Shown in pieces: positions 16,372 to 26,462 of a stretch of 64,000 nt of DNA. The translations under genes and the position numbers were made by a program. Numbering within the stretch: position 1 is the first letter of the stretch; the number at the start of each line of letters is the position of its first letter. This DNA is from a virus. Its lineage: Duplodnaviria; Heunggongvirae; Uroviricota; Caudoviricetes. A model generated the notes under the pieces. It ran no database searches and had not been told where the DNA came from. It saw nothing but the letters and a program-made list of their open reading frames with translations. Location of the stretch: IMG/VR virus record IMGVR_UViG_3300032007_000002. One strand, given 5' to 3'.

Positions 16372-17712
16372 CTATCGCTGGATGCACATGAGGTCAACCG
16401 ACCCCTTGGCAACGACGTTCTTGCCGTCGGTAACGAACACGAAGCTGGATGCCGGGTAACTGCTGTGCAGGTTATGCACGGAGTATTCGCCGGGGCCGAC
16501 GATGCTCGGGTTGAGGTACACCGGGGTGTTCGTGCCGGAAAGTGCCATTTCGCCACCGATATGCCAGTGGCCCATGATGACCGCGTCGAAATCCTGTTCC
16601 TCGTTGCCGGAGAACATGCCCTTGTCCTTGAAGTTATCGCGGACGACCGTCGAGAACGGGGACACGAACGCGGAACCGCCCTTGTAACGGTCACCGTGCT
16701 CCAACTTCCAGAGCTGCCTGCCGACACGGGCGAACTGCACCGTGCTTTCCGTCAGGTTTACTGTCACGTTGCGCGGGGCGCGTTCGCTCGCGTAGTAGTT
16801 GCGCATGAAGGCATAGAGGATGTATTCGTAGGAATCCTTGCCCTTGTTCTTGAACTGGAACTTTTCCGTGTTGCGGGCATGGTTGCCGACGACGCAAGAA
16901 ATCGTGATCTTCTTGTAGAGCTTGGAATATTCGTCGATAAGGCCGATGATGAAGGAGTAGTAGTCGGTCACGCACTCGGTAATCACGGTCTCGTTCGTTT
17001 CGCGGAGCTCGGCATGGATATTGCCGGAGAAGATGTCGCCAAGCATGAAGATGTGGAGTTCGTCGCAGCCATATACCGAGGCAAACTCGTAGTTCTTCTT
17101 GAAGAGCAGCATGTGGCGCTTCTTGGAAATCGCCATGTTGTAGTTGTTGATGCCGTTAATTGTGCCGCCATTTACCACTTCGCCGTAGTGCACGTCGGAA
17201 ATCGGCAGGATGTTGAAGAACTTGCCCTTCACGCGCCTGCTCTTTGCCGGCTTCTCGACATTGATGGTGACGTTTGCGGGCTTGACCGTCTTGATCGAGC
17301 GTTCGAGTGCCTCGATTACCGTCTGCGCGATGAACTTGTCGGTCTTGGCCTCGTCGAGCACCTTCTGCTGCTTGGCGAGTTCCTGGCGGAGAACCGCAAT
17401 CTGGCCTTCGGAAGCGAAGTGGATGCTGGAAAGTATATCCTCGTCCTCGGTCTCGGAGACGTTCGCCGTGTCCTTCAGGCGCTTGCATTGCTTGCGCACG
17501 TTGGAGCGGAATGCGTCAGGTGCGTCCGTCACCCATCCGAGTTTCTTCAAGACAGCGTAATACGGATATACCTTGTTGTTGTCATAGCCGTAATGTTTGA
17601 GGAGTTTCTCGACCGGCGGAAGGTCAGTCTTTGTATATTGAGTGCCCGGGGTCGGTTTCCCGATAAGCGCCAGCAGACGCTTGTCGGATAGTGCGGTTTC
17701 ATGTTTGCTCAA
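16372..17712 (-). CDS. Calcineurin-like metallophosphoesterase
   Basis: SDVHYG, GDIFSG, GNH, EHGD, GHWH motifs after a coiled-coil N-terminus. Confidence 0.88.
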   Translation of the reverse strand: MSKHETALSDKRLLALIGKPTPGTQYTKTDLPPVEKLLKHYGYDNNKVYPYYAVLKKLGWVTDAPDAFRSNVRKQCKRLKDTANVSETEDEDILSSIHFASEGQIAVLRQELAKQQKVLDEAKTDKFIAQTVIEALERSIKTVKPANVTINVEKPAKSRRVKGKFFNILPISDVHYGEVVNGGTINGINNYNMAISKKRHMLLFKKNYEFASVYGCDELHIFMLGDIFSGNIHAELRETNETVITECVTDYYSFIIGLIDEYSKLYKKITISCVVGNHARNTEKFQFKNKGKDSYEYILYAFMRNYYASERAPRNVTVNLTESTVQFARVGRQLWKLEHGDRYKGGSAFVSPFSTVVRDNFKDKGMFSGNEEQDFDAVIMGHWHIGGEMALSGTNTPVYLNPSIVGPGEYSVHNLHSSYPASSFVFVTDGKNVVAKGSVDLMCIQR

Positions 17713-17816
17713 TTTACACCTGCGCGTTTTATGTAGTGATTATGCTACTAAAATATATTTTTTGAAATTTCATTCCAAGCGTTTTGGAAAAATATTTGAA
17801 ATTTGTATATTATTCT

Positions 17817-18656
17817 ATGACAGAACTGAATGGTTGCACAATGCAAAAACCCATTCTAGGCGGCACGCCGAAGACAATCTTTGCGGAACTCCACGCATGC
17901 AAAATCCTCGACGACGCCACCGAGCGCGAAATGTTCAGGATATACAAGAAGAGCAGGAAGCGCTCCTACCGCGAGACCCTCAAGCTCCGCATAATGCAAT
18001 CCCACCTGAGATTCGTTTTCCGCATGGCGACAGACTACGCCGCGCGTTACCAGCTACCGGTGACGGATTTTTACGCAGCCGGGAAGCTCGGCCTCATGAC
18101 CGCCCTCAACACGTACAACCCCGACGAGACGACGAAGTTCGGCAGCTACGCCGTGTGGTACATCCGCTGGCAGATGCAGCAGTTCATCGACACGTCCGAC
18201 CCGATACACCTCCCGCCGAAGGTGCGCCAGCGCGTCATCAAGGCCAAGAAGGAAGGCAAGCCGGCAAGCAGCGTCATGTTCGGCGAGGAAGCCGAGGCAG
18301 TGCTCTACAACACCTGCTCCACATACGACAGGGTGACGGAGGACGGCAGCGTGACGATAGAGGACACCCTCACCGACACGTCGGATGCCGAGGTGGACAC
18401 CACGTTCCTGGATCCGGCAGTCAGGGAAACCCTGCTCGCCGCAATGAAAGAAACCCTCGACGAGCGCGAGCTCAGCGTGGTCTGTTCGTCCTTCGGGTTC
18501 AACGGTTACGACATGACGTCCAAGGACATCGCGGCCTGCACGGGAGTTTCCAAGGCCCATGTCAGGACGATCAAGATGGCAGCCCTCGAAAAACTGCGTA
18601 AAAACGCAAATTTGCAGGAACTGTTCGAAGAATGTACCGGGATCGTAAAAACCTAG
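17817..18656 (+). CDS. Sigma70-family RNA polymerase sigma factor
   Basis: SHLRFVFRMA, GKLGLMTALNTYNP, KFGSYAVWYIR (region 2); LDERE...TSKDIA...GVSKAHVRTIKMAALEKLR (region 4 HTH). Confidence 0.9.
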   Translation: MTELNGCTMQKPILGGTPKTIFAELHACKILDDATEREMFRIYKKSRKRSYRETLKLRIMQSHLRFVFRMATDYAARYQLPVTDFYAAGKLGLMTALNTYNPDETTKFGSYAVWYIRWQMQQFIDTSDPIHLPPKVRQRVIKAKKEGKPASSVMFGEEAEAVLYNTCSTYDRVTEDGSVTIEDTLTDTSDAEVDTTFLDPAVRETLLAAMKETLDERELSVVCSSFGFNGYDMTSKDIAACTGVSKAHVRTIKMAALEKLRKNANLQELFEECTGIVKT

Positions 18657-18693
18657 TTTTCGTTCAAACCAACTAACCGCTCATGGTACAAAT

Positions 18694-19683
18694 GTGTCAG
18701 TTTTCACCAAATTGCTCAACCTGTTCGGGTTCGGCAAGAAGCCGGACAGCCATGACGCGCACGGGAGCGAAGAAATGCCTACAATTTTCCAGGACACGCT
18801 AGACGTAGACGGTCTGACCGGGATGCCGCTTGGTGGTGTCTCATACGGCGGTGACAACAATGGCCCGCGCATGGGATGGAACGAAACCCTCAAGAACTCT
18901 CGCATCAACCAGGACTACGCCGACACGTTCGTAATCCCCGGACAGGTAAACGCCAGGAGACCAAACATGCAGCAACCTATGCAACCCATGCAATACCCAC
19001 AGGGATACCCGCAACAGCAGCCGGGCTATCCGCAACAGCAGCAGATGCAGTATCCGCAAGGCTATCCGCAGCAGCCGGGATTCCAGCAATATCCGCAGCA
19101 GGCGGCCATGCCTCCGCAGCAGATGCGCTATGCCCAGCCCCAGCCCCAGCCGCAGCTGACACCGCAGCAAATCCAGCAGATGCAGATGCAGCAACAGCAG
19201 ATACGCATGGCACAGCAGCAACAGGCGCAGGCCGCCCAGATGCAGCAGCAACAGGCCCGGGCGCCTGCCCCGCAGCAAGTGCAGCCCGCGGAAACGCAAC
19301 AAGTGGGAACCGAAGACGGGGAACCGTTCTATGAGATGATTCTCTTAAATAACACCTACCACTTCTTCGTTGACCTTCCGGGAGTGAATAAATCCACGGT
19401 CGATGTCCAGTATATCGACGGCGCCGTGGAAATCAGCGGTGTCAGGGAACTCCAGTCAACCCTCATGAAGAAGACGGCTAAGGGTGAAAAGGGGCGCAAA
19501 CCGGTATTTGAAACCCAGATTACCGTCCCGGAATACCTTTCCGGTAAATTCAAATTCTCGTTCCCAGCGTTCAATCTCCCCATTGACGAAAATTCGATCG
19601 ACGCCACATTCAAGGACGGCATCCTCCACGTGACGATGAACCTCCGGCCAAGTGCTACAGGCGTGAAGGTCGTAGTCAAATAA
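18694..19683 (+). CDS. Hsp20/alpha-crystallin protein with long Gln/Pro-rich region
   Basis: VDLPGVNK...ISGVR...GKFKFSF...IDATFKDGILHVT. Confidence 0.85.
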   Translation: MSVFTKLLNLFGFGKKPDSHDAHGSEEMPTIFQDTLDVDGLTGMPLGGVSYGGDNNGPRMGWNETLKNSRINQDYADTFVIPGQVNARRPNMQQPMQPMQYPQGYPQQQPGYPQQQQMQYPQGYPQQPGFQQYPQQAAMPPQQMRYAQPQPQPQLTPQQIQQMQMQQQQIRMAQQQQAQAAQMQQQQARAPAPQQVQPAETQQVGTEDGEPFYEMILLNNTYHFFVDLPGVNKSTVDVQYIDGAVEISGVRELQSTLMKKTAKGEKGRKPVFETQITVPEYLSGKFKFSFPAFNLPIDENSIDATFKDGILHVTMNLRPSATGVKVVVK

Positions 19684-19731
19684 CCATTACACATTTCCGG
19701 GCGGCCTTCACGGGCCGCCTTTTTTGATGCC

Positions 19732-20097
19732 ATGAAAGAAGAGCACAACCTGATACTTACACTGGACCAGCAGGAATTTTGCGACCAGTGCACCCGCTTC
19801 GTAAAAGAAAACCTCCACGGTGCGACCATGGAGGTAAAGCTGAATGACAAGGGCGTGCGGGGCTACCGCTATTCCGACTTCGTCGTGACCGTTTGCGCGG
19901 ACAAGACGAAGGACTATTTCGAGGTCACCCGGAACCGCGACGGCATGCTGGTCCTGGCGGTATATAACCGCGTTCCGGTCAGCATAAACTGGGAGTTCAT
20001 CTTCGTCCAGGAGCACATAAAGTCGCTCCTCGCGCCGCTACCTGACGAGGGTAAGGGTGCGCTGGCCGAGGTCAAGGGTGATCTTACCGTAGCGTGA
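19732..20097 (+). CDS. Hypothetical protein
   Basis: ORF with codon bias, converging on the next gene. Confidence 0.6.
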   Translation: MKEEHNLILTLDQQEFCDQCTRFVKENLHGATMEVKLNDKGVRGYRYSDFVVTVCADKTKDYFEVTRNRDGMLVLAVYNRVPVSINWEFIFVQEHIKSLLAPLPDEGKGALAEVKGDLTVA

Positions 20098-21069
20098 CAC
20101 TATCTTCCTGTATTCGTCGTAAGTCTTCGCGTTCGTGCGGGTTAGCGGTATCTCGGTAATGCCGGTCCCGTAGAGTGTCTGCACGAGCTCGGATTCATAC
20201 TTGTAGCAGCAATCCCCGTCAATCATCAGGCCCCAGTATTCATGGAGCGGCGTGTAGTAGATGCCGTCCTTCGCGAGCGCGAGCAGCTTGGGGCATGCCG
20301 TCTGGGTACAGGTCATCTTGATGCGGTCGAACTGCCCGCAGACATAGTCGAAGAACTGGTCAACGCGGTTGTCCATGATATAGACCTCGCGGGAGTCGTC
20401 CTTCATCTTCACGAACGCGCCGACGGCCTCCGGGCGCATCTCCATCTGGTCGATGGCGCACCTGGCAAGCATCTGCGAGGCGATTTCCTCGAACGGGATG
20501 TTCGGCCTGGCGAACGCCTCGTCGAAATTCTCCCCGAAGTGTTCCAGGGGCATCTCGTAGAGGTAGCCGTACATCGTGAGCGACGACAGCGGGATGCCGC
20601 GCCAGCGGGTCAGCTGCATCGGGCGTATAAACGTATCGACGAACTCCTGCGGCATGTTCTTGCGCATGGCGGAAATGAGCATCGAGGGCGTACCGGACTT
20701 GTCCCCGTAGGCCTTCTGGATGTCCGGGTGCTGCATGGCCTCGGCGAACTTCTTCCCTTCCTCCGGCGTGAACGTGCACTTGGAGAACGGGAGCCTGAAT
20801 ATGCCGTTGTCGCGGTTGGTGACGCTGACCTTGGAGAACGGGAGGTACATGTGCCTCGGGTTCCTGTAATACTTGTATTCCAGGCCCGGTAGGAACTGTT
20901 CCAGCACGGCGGCGTAATTCGTCGTCACCATGTCGTGGTAGGAGTCCATCGGTTCCGCCAGGACGCCCGTCCTGACGAATGTCACATCCTTGCCCTCCAC
21001 GGCCAGGATGCACGCGTTGATTACCGCGTCGAGCGAGTAACCGATAACGTATGTCTTTTGTTCTGCCAT
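20038..21069 (-). CDS. Divergent UDP-galactopyranose mutase (Glf)-like flavoprotein fold
   Basis: N-terminal YVIGYSLDAVINACILA (degenerate Rossmann); LTRWRGIP, ARPNIPFEEIASQML and RVDQFFDYVCG parallel Glf motifs. Confidence 0.55.
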   Translation of the reverse strand: MAEQKTYVIGYSLDAVINACILAVEGKDVTFVRTGVLAEPMDSYHDMVTTNYAAVLEQFLPGLEYKYYRNPRHMYLPFSKVSVTNRDNGIFRLPFSKCTFTPEEGKKFAEAMQHPDIQKAYGDKSGTPSMLISAMRKNMPQEFVDTFIRPMQLTRWRGIPLSSLTMYGYLYEMPLEHFGENFDEAFARPNIPFEEIASQMLARCAIDQMEMRPEAVGAFVKMKDDSREVYIMDNRVDQFFDYVCGQFDRIKMTCTQTACPKLLALAKDGIYYTPLHEYWGLMIDGDCCYKYESELVQTLYGTGITEIPLTRTNAKTYDEYRKIVSRYGKITLDLGQRTLTLVR

Positions 21070-21503
21070 TAGAAAATGCTCGCGTCCGACTGGAAGTAGG
21101 GGAGGATATTCTGCTCCAGCCACTTGACCTCCGGGAACATGAAGCGCTCGTCGATTATGCGCCCATGCTCGTCGCAATAGAGGAATAGCGGCAGCTTGGT
21201 TATCTCCCTGTCTCCCAGGATTCTGTTATTTTCGGGCTTGGTTTCGATTACGAGCCTGGCTGCCCGGGCCGGGTTCTCGAACAGATCGTACTTGTTGAAC
21301 CACTCGATCATGTCCGCAAAGTCAGAACGGCACTTCTGACACATGTTCTTCTCGTCAATCCAGGCGAAAATCCACATGATGACCCGCTGTTCCTTTTTCA
21401 GGTCAGCGTATGCTTCCTGGCCATATTTGAGAAGCCGGGCACTCAGCGAGGAGTCCCCGGCCGTGATTATGGCCTTTCCGCAGCAGAAGTCCTTTCCGGC
21501 CAT
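21069..21503 (-). CDS. Thioredoxin-fold protein
   Basis: CQKC motif and cis-Pro-like ITKLPLFL. Confidence 0.6.
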   Translation of the reverse strand: MAGKDFCCGKAIITAGDSSLSARLLKYGQEAYADLKKEQRVIMWIFAWIDEKNMCQKCRSDFADMIEWFNKYDLFENPARAARLVIETKPENNRILGDREITKLPLFLYCDEHGRIIDERFMFPEVKWLEQNILPYFQSDASIF

Positions 21504-22156
21504 TACTTAGCCTTCTTGGTGGTCTTCTTGGCCGGCGCAGACTTGGCGGTCTTTGCCGTCTTCTTGGTGTCAGCGGCCTTCTTCGGAGAAGACTTGGCCT
21601 TCTTCGGCGCAGTCTTGGCCTTCTTCGGAGTGTCCTTCGTGACCGTCCTTGCCGGGTTCTTCGTCTTGGCGAACGGTGCCTTGGCGGGAGCCTTCCTGAC
21701 GCGCTTGCGGACAGTCTTAACCGGAGCGGTTTCCACGGCAACCGTTTCTTTCGGTTCCTCAACCGGCTGGGGTTCCGCAGGGGTCACGGGAGTAAGTTCT
21801 ACAGGCATTTCTTCAACGGGTTCGGCAAGGGCAACATCAGGGGTAGTATCAGCAGGGGCGGCATCGGCGGGCGGCGCATCCACGGTAATCGGCTCGGATG
21901 CCAGTATACGCTTGGCGTAAGGGAGCGGGTCTTCCGGGAGGATTACCACGGTCGGCTTCACGTCTGCCGGGGAAATGCTCGGCTGTTCGTCAGCGAGCAC
22001 CGGCTTCGGCTCTTCCGGCGCGATGTCGATCGGGAAACCCGAACCGCGCACAATGCGTTTATGGACCAGGCGCCACACCACGAGAATCACGATTACCGCG
22101 ATGGCACCGATGATGAGACCAACTTGTGCATTGGTCAATTTTTCTGCAAAGTTCAT
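21503..22156 (-). CDS. Membrane-anchored protein with histone H1-like Lys/Ala/Thr tail
   Basis: N-terminal TM helix, acidic Pro-rich linker, KKA/KTA repeats. Confidence 0.75.
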   Translation of the reverse strand: MNFAEKLTNAQVGLIIGAIAVIVILVVWRLVHKRIVRGSGFPIDIAPEEPKPVLADEQPSISPADVKPTVVILPEDPLPYAKRILASEPITVDAPPADAAPADTTPDVALAEPVEEMPVELTPVTPAEPQPVEEPKETVAVETAPVKTVRKRVRKAPAKAPFAKTKNPARTVTKDTPKKAKTAPKKAKSSPKKAADTKKTAKTAKSAPAKKTTKKAK

Positions 22157-22253
22157 TTTTGCCTCGTTTGTAGATTACTGACCGTAAACTAGGTTTTATG
22201 ACGCTGCCCGGGCACTATAAACTAGGGTATAAAACACCAACAGGAATTGCAAG

Positions 22254-22739
22254 ATGTCCGAAAAAACCAAGCTCCTCGTCGAATCGATCCAGCGTATCGG
22301 AGTGCGCATCCCGCTAGGGGAACATGAACGCGTCGAACAGATTGCCTCGGCCATCTTCGAGGCACAGGACGACACAGCCCCTCTCGCCTCCGAACCGGGG
22401 CCTACCCCGGAACCGGACCCCGCAGCGGCAGCCAACACCGCCCCGACCCCCGCACCGCAGGGAACCAACACGGAAGAACTCCGTGACAAGAGCATCTCGA
22501 CCGGCACGATGCTTGCGGCGGATCTCATCCCCAAGTTCGTCGCGGTCCTGAAGCAGTACAACCCGGAAGAAGCCAAGCAGTATGAAGCCATCGACCCGGC
22601 GACCATCCCTGACCAGAACCTCGGGGACATCCTTGAAGACCTCTTCAAGTCGATGGACACCATCGCGCCTGAAGGATGCTACTTCGGTGCCCACGAAGGC
22701 GACGGTGCCGATTTCGGCTTCTGGACAGTCGAGGACTAA
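22254..22739 (+). CDS. Hypothetical late protein
   Basis: TATAAACTA at 22216; C-terminal APEGCYFGAHEGDGADFGFW. Confidence 0.75.
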   Translation: MSEKTKLLVESIQRIGVRIPLGEHERVEQIASAIFEAQDDTAPLASEPGPTPEPDPAAAANTAPTPAPQGTNTEELRDKSISTGTMLAADLIPKFVAVLKQYNPEEAKQYEAIDPATIPDQNLGDILEDLFKSMDTIAPEGCYFGAHEGDGADFGFWTVED

Positions 22740-22802
22740 CCAGGCATACATCCGTTTACGGCAAACCCGCGGGCGCACCGCGGGTTTTGCTATATTTCAG
22801 CC

Positions 22803-23231
22803 ATGGCTGAATATCAAGAATGTGACTTTTCCGAAAAGACTGACTTATTGCCCCCGGGCAAGGACCCCATCCCGGATGGACCGAAACCGCCGGTATTTGT
22901 AAACCACGACCCCGAAAGGCGGTTCCTTCCGTGCGATTTTTGCAATTTCTACGCGTCCTCGATGTGCCAGGGATGCGATTATTACAGTGCATGTGTCGGT
23001 TCGATAACCGGCGACAGCTATGGCGGGGATCTCACCAGGGAAGAGGCTACGGCATTTGCCGACCGCATATATGACGATTGGGAACGTGACAACTACCGCA
23101 AGGACTATCCGCGCACATGGCGCATCCGACTGGCACTGCACAGGCTGTACGGGCGTGTGTTCCGTGTCTGGTACAAATACCGGTCATGGAAGATAAAGCG
23201 GGAATTGGCTAAAAAATTTAAGAACGGTTGA
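22803..23231 (+). CDS. Hypothetical Cys-containing protein (probably leaderless)
   Basis: ATG 5 nt after TGCTATATTT; CDFC...CQGC. Confidence 0.65.
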   Translation: MAEYQECDFSEKTDLLPPGKDPIPDGPKPPVFVNHDPERRFLPCDFCNFYASSMCQGCDYYSACVGSITGDSYGGDLTREEATAFADRIYDDWERDNYRKDYPRTWRIRLALHRLYGRVFRVWYKYRSWKIKRELAKKFKNG

Positions 23232-23742
23232 TATACGGGATTGGGCGCCGGTAAGGTTTGGAACTCTTTCGCTTGGGGCTCTCCGTAATACGGGGCATGT
23301 GCATCACATCCTTGTAGATGTCATGGACGAAGCAGTTTCCGCCGAGCTTGAAATAAACGTCACATAGGCCTATCAGGTTCTCGCGACCCTTGTCGGTCAC
23401 TCCGCCTTCGTCCAATGCCCTGTAATATCCCGTCGTGATGTCATTCCTCAGAGAAGCGACGATTGCTGCCTTCATGGCAACCATTTCGGCATCCCTGTCA
23501 ACCATCTTGACATTTACGTGGTCCAAACCGTCGTTCAGTTTCTTTACGTCAGCCAAGATTAAGTCAATCTTGTTCTTTTCCGTAAATTTTTCTTTTATTT
23601 TTCTTATGAACCACTCACGAATCGGCTTGATCAATGCGCCGACAGTCGTCACCAGAACCGTCACCGATGCAATTAGCGCCGTGTACTGCGTGATCGTCTG
23701 GGTTGCCACCTCAATACCGTTCATTACACTCTCCAAAGTCAT
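23218..23742 (-). CDS. Putative holin-like membrane protein
   Basis: N-terminal TM helix, coiled coil, YFKLGGNCFV motif of phage holin-like proteins. Confidence 0.55.
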   Translation of the reverse strand: MTLESVMNGIEVATQTITQYTALIASVTVLVTTVGALIKPIREWFIRKIKEKFTEKNKIDLILADVKKLNDGLDHVNVKMVDRDAEMVAMKAAIVASLRNDITTGYYRALDEGGVTDKGRENLIGLCDVYFKLGGNCFVHDIYKDVMHMPRITESPKRKSSKPYRRPIPYINRS

Positions 23743-23768
23743 GACTTCAATACAAAGTAGTTTAGACC

Positions 23769-25010
23769 TTAGTTAGCCACAGCCATGCGCTGTCCGCCGT
23801 GAGAATAGGCATTGCGCCACTTCTCGGTGCGCTGGAAGTCGTCCCAGGTATAGATGCCATGCCTGGAAATGAAGTCCGCGATGATGTTCATTACGGTCTG
23901 GAACGAGCTGGCAACGCTCTCGCCGATCACATCATTGAGAGCGGACTTGGCAGGAGCCATGACGGCCTCGCCAAACGGCTCGACATCGCCTTCAAACGCG
24001 TCCCCGACATCATCGGAAAAGCTGGGGTCGATTTCAAGTTTCATCTTGCACGGGCCGCCCTCGGCGAAGTCCACCCGGGCAGCGGAATTGGTGAAGTCGA
24101 TGAACACATTGGCACCGCCGAATTTCGACGGGTCAAACTTGTTCTCCGTCCAGGCAGACTGGCTCTTATAGTCCGAGATAGAAAGGTTCTGGAAGGCCTG
24201 CTCCAGTTCCTCCAATTTCTGCTGTATTCCTGCACCGAATCCAGTGTCCGTTAGGGTAGCGCAGTCAGCCCACTTAATTTGCCTGTCAGGTATTGTCAAA
24301 TTTATGTGCCCCGTGTACCGAGGGGTGTCCCCGAGCGTATCGACGATTGACCAGTCGGGGCCATGGCCGTTTCCGGCAAAGGATATGTCGGCGTCAATGA
24401 TGTAAGAATCGAAATCCGGCCGGTAAGTAACCTTGACATTCTCCGTCCAGACATCCTCGAACGCGATTTCGTATGCGGCGAGTTTGCCTTCCGACATCGC
24501 CAGCGTCGCACGTTCATTCGCTTCAAGGAATATCTGGCCAACCTTGACGGCGATGTCCCTGTCCATCCGCTTCGCCGCACTTTCAAGCATGGCGGCAAAC
24601 TGGCGCCCGGCCACGATGGACTCGATCATCGGGTTCTTCCTGAGACTGTCGAGCCTGCGGCCTTCGGCACATGCCTTGCGGAACCTTTCCGACGACGCGA
24701 TACGGTTGTACTGGGTGGGGCCATAGGTTTCCACAAGCTCAACCAGGTCCTGCAAAGCGTTCATGTACTTGTCGAGGTCGCCGTCAAGTGTCCGTTCGTC
24801 CTCGGCAATCTTCTGCCGGTCATGCGGGGTAATCTGGATTGTTTGGGCAGCAACCTTCGTCGGGTCGCCCATGAGGAAATCGTGCCCCCTGTGCATCGCG
24901 TTACCGAACCAATTCTCGATAAGCGCACAGCCGGAGTCTATCGCCTCCAGCATCGCGGCGTTCTCGCCGGTCTTAATTTTTTCAAATTCCGCGGACATTG
25001 ACGATTTCAT
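23769..25010 (-). CDS. Hypothetical late protein, possibly an internal head protein
   Basis: Late motif at 25039-25047; repeated MLEA/MIES/MLES/FLEA. Confidence 0.7.
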   Translation of the reverse strand: MKSSMSAEFEKIKTGENAAMLEAIDSGCALIENWFGNAMHRGHDFLMGDPTKVAAQTIQITPHDRQKIAEDERTLDGDLDKYMNALQDLVELVETYGPTQYNRIASSERFRKACAEGRRLDSLRKNPMIESIVAGRQFAAMLESAAKRMDRDIAVKVGQIFLEANERATLAMSEGKLAAYEIAFEDVWTENVKVTYRPDFDSYIIDADISFAGNGHGPDWSIVDTLGDTPRYTGHINLTIPDRQIKWADCATLTDTGFGAGIQQKLEELEQAFQNLSISDYKSQSAWTENKFDPSKFGGANVFIDFTNSAARVDFAEGGPCKMKLEIDPSFSDDVGDAFEGDVEPFGEAVMAPAKSALNDVIGESVASSFQTVMNIIADFISRHGIYTWDDFQRTEKWRNAYSHGGQRMAVAN

Positions 25011-25076
25011 GTCAGATTACCTTTCAGGTCTTAACCCGTAGTTTATAATTCGCCAGTTTTTGCTATATTTCGTAGC

Positions 25077-26462
25077 ATGAAGAAGACCATCACGAAAAAG
25101 GACCTGAACGACGACCAAACCGCCGCTCTTGACTATATCCATAAATTCATCAAAGGCCCCAACCGGCAAATGATACTTACCGGCCCTGCCGGTACCGGCA
25201 AGACTGCACTGCTCAACGTAGTGCTTTCCGAACTCGGCAACAACAAGAACTATCCGATCGTGTGCACTGCCCCGACAAACAAGGCAGTAAGCGTCATTTC
25301 CAGGGCAACGAAGAAGAACTATAACAAGACCGTCTGCGGGTTGCTCGGCCTCGTCCTCATCGACTACGGCAACGGCAAGCCGTACCTCAAGCAGCAAGGC
25401 GAAAGCACCATCCACCAGTATAGCCTGGTGGTGATTGACGAATCGTCCATGCTTGACGAAAGCATGATCATGCAAATCCAGTCCGCTCTCCTGGCGCACC
25501 CGAAGACGAAGGTCATCTATGTCGGCGACGCCTGCCAGCTCCCGCCGGTGTCCGACGAAATGCGCGGTCTTACCCAGTCCAGGGTGTTCGAGCTGCCGCT
25601 TCGCGTGAACCTCACCAAGGTCATGCGTGTTGCCGACGCGAACCCCATCCTCGATGTCGTGACGACCATCCGACAGAACATGGCTTCCCCGGAAGACCTG
25701 TTCAAGCACGAAACCCATCTCACTGAAGACGGGCGCGGAATCGAGTTCGTCACCAACCAAGACGAGTTCTACGAAAAGGCATTCGCCGCGTTCGATACCG
25801 ACGAATACAAGGCCGACAGCTCCTATGCGGCAATCCTCGCATACACGAACGCGATGGTCAAGGAAGCGAACACCAAGGTCCGCGAGCACATCTACGGCAA
25901 GGATGCCGACGGGTATGTCAAGGGCGAGGAACTCCGTGTCGCGAAGCCCTACATCATGGAAAATGCCAACGGAAAGGGCTCCCATGTGGTCTACAACACC
26001 GAAGACCGCATCAAGATCGAGACAATCACCGCGATGGACGACCCTAGCTACGGGCTTCCCTGTTTCAAGGTCCGTGTCCACGCGACAGAATCGTCCAGCA
26101 GGACCCAGAGCTCCGTCACGGCATACATCCTCCGTCCCGACCCGACCGCGGAAAGCATGTACATGACCCTGCTCGAAGAAAAGCGCAAGGAAGCCCTCGA
26201 CAAGGAAAAGGAATGCCGTTTCGGTGGCAAGTTCTACTCCAAGAAGGAAGCCTGGGCCGACTACATGAAGCTGAAAAACTTCTTCCTCTGGGCGGGCTAC
26301 GTCTATTCGCAGACCATCCACACGGCACAGGGTAGCACGATTACCAACGTGTTCTGTATCGAAAGCGACATCAACCGCCTCCGCGAGAACCACTTGCAGC
26401 GCAACAAATTGAAATACACCGCGTTCACCCGTGCCGCGGAAAGACTGACGGTACTCACATGA
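25077..26462 (+). CDS. dda: Dda/RecD-like SF1B DNA helicase
   Basis: GPAGTGKT, APTNKA, IDESSM, VGDACQLPPV, TIHTAQGST, YTAFTRA. Confidence 0.9.
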   Translation: MKKTITKKDLNDDQTAALDYIHKFIKGPNRQMILTGPAGTGKTALLNVVLSELGNNKNYPIVCTAPTNKAVSVISRATKKNYNKTVCGLLGLVLIDYGNGKPYLKQQGESTIHQYSLVVIDESSMLDESMIMQIQSALLAHPKTKVIYVGDACQLPPVSDEMRGLTQSRVFELPLRVNLTKVMRVADANPILDVVTTIRQNMASPEDLFKHETHLTEDGRGIEFVTNQDEFYEKAFAAFDTDEYKADSSYAAILAYTNAMVKEANTKVREHIYGKDADGYVKGEELRVAKPYIMENANGKGSHVVYNTEDRIKIETITAMDDPSYGLPCFKVRVHATESSSRTQSSVTAYILRPDPTAESMYMTLLEEKRKEALDKEKECRFGGKFYSKKEAWADYMKLKNFFLWAGYVYSQTIHTAQGSTITNVFCIESDINRLRENHLQRNKLKYTAFTRAAERLTVLT

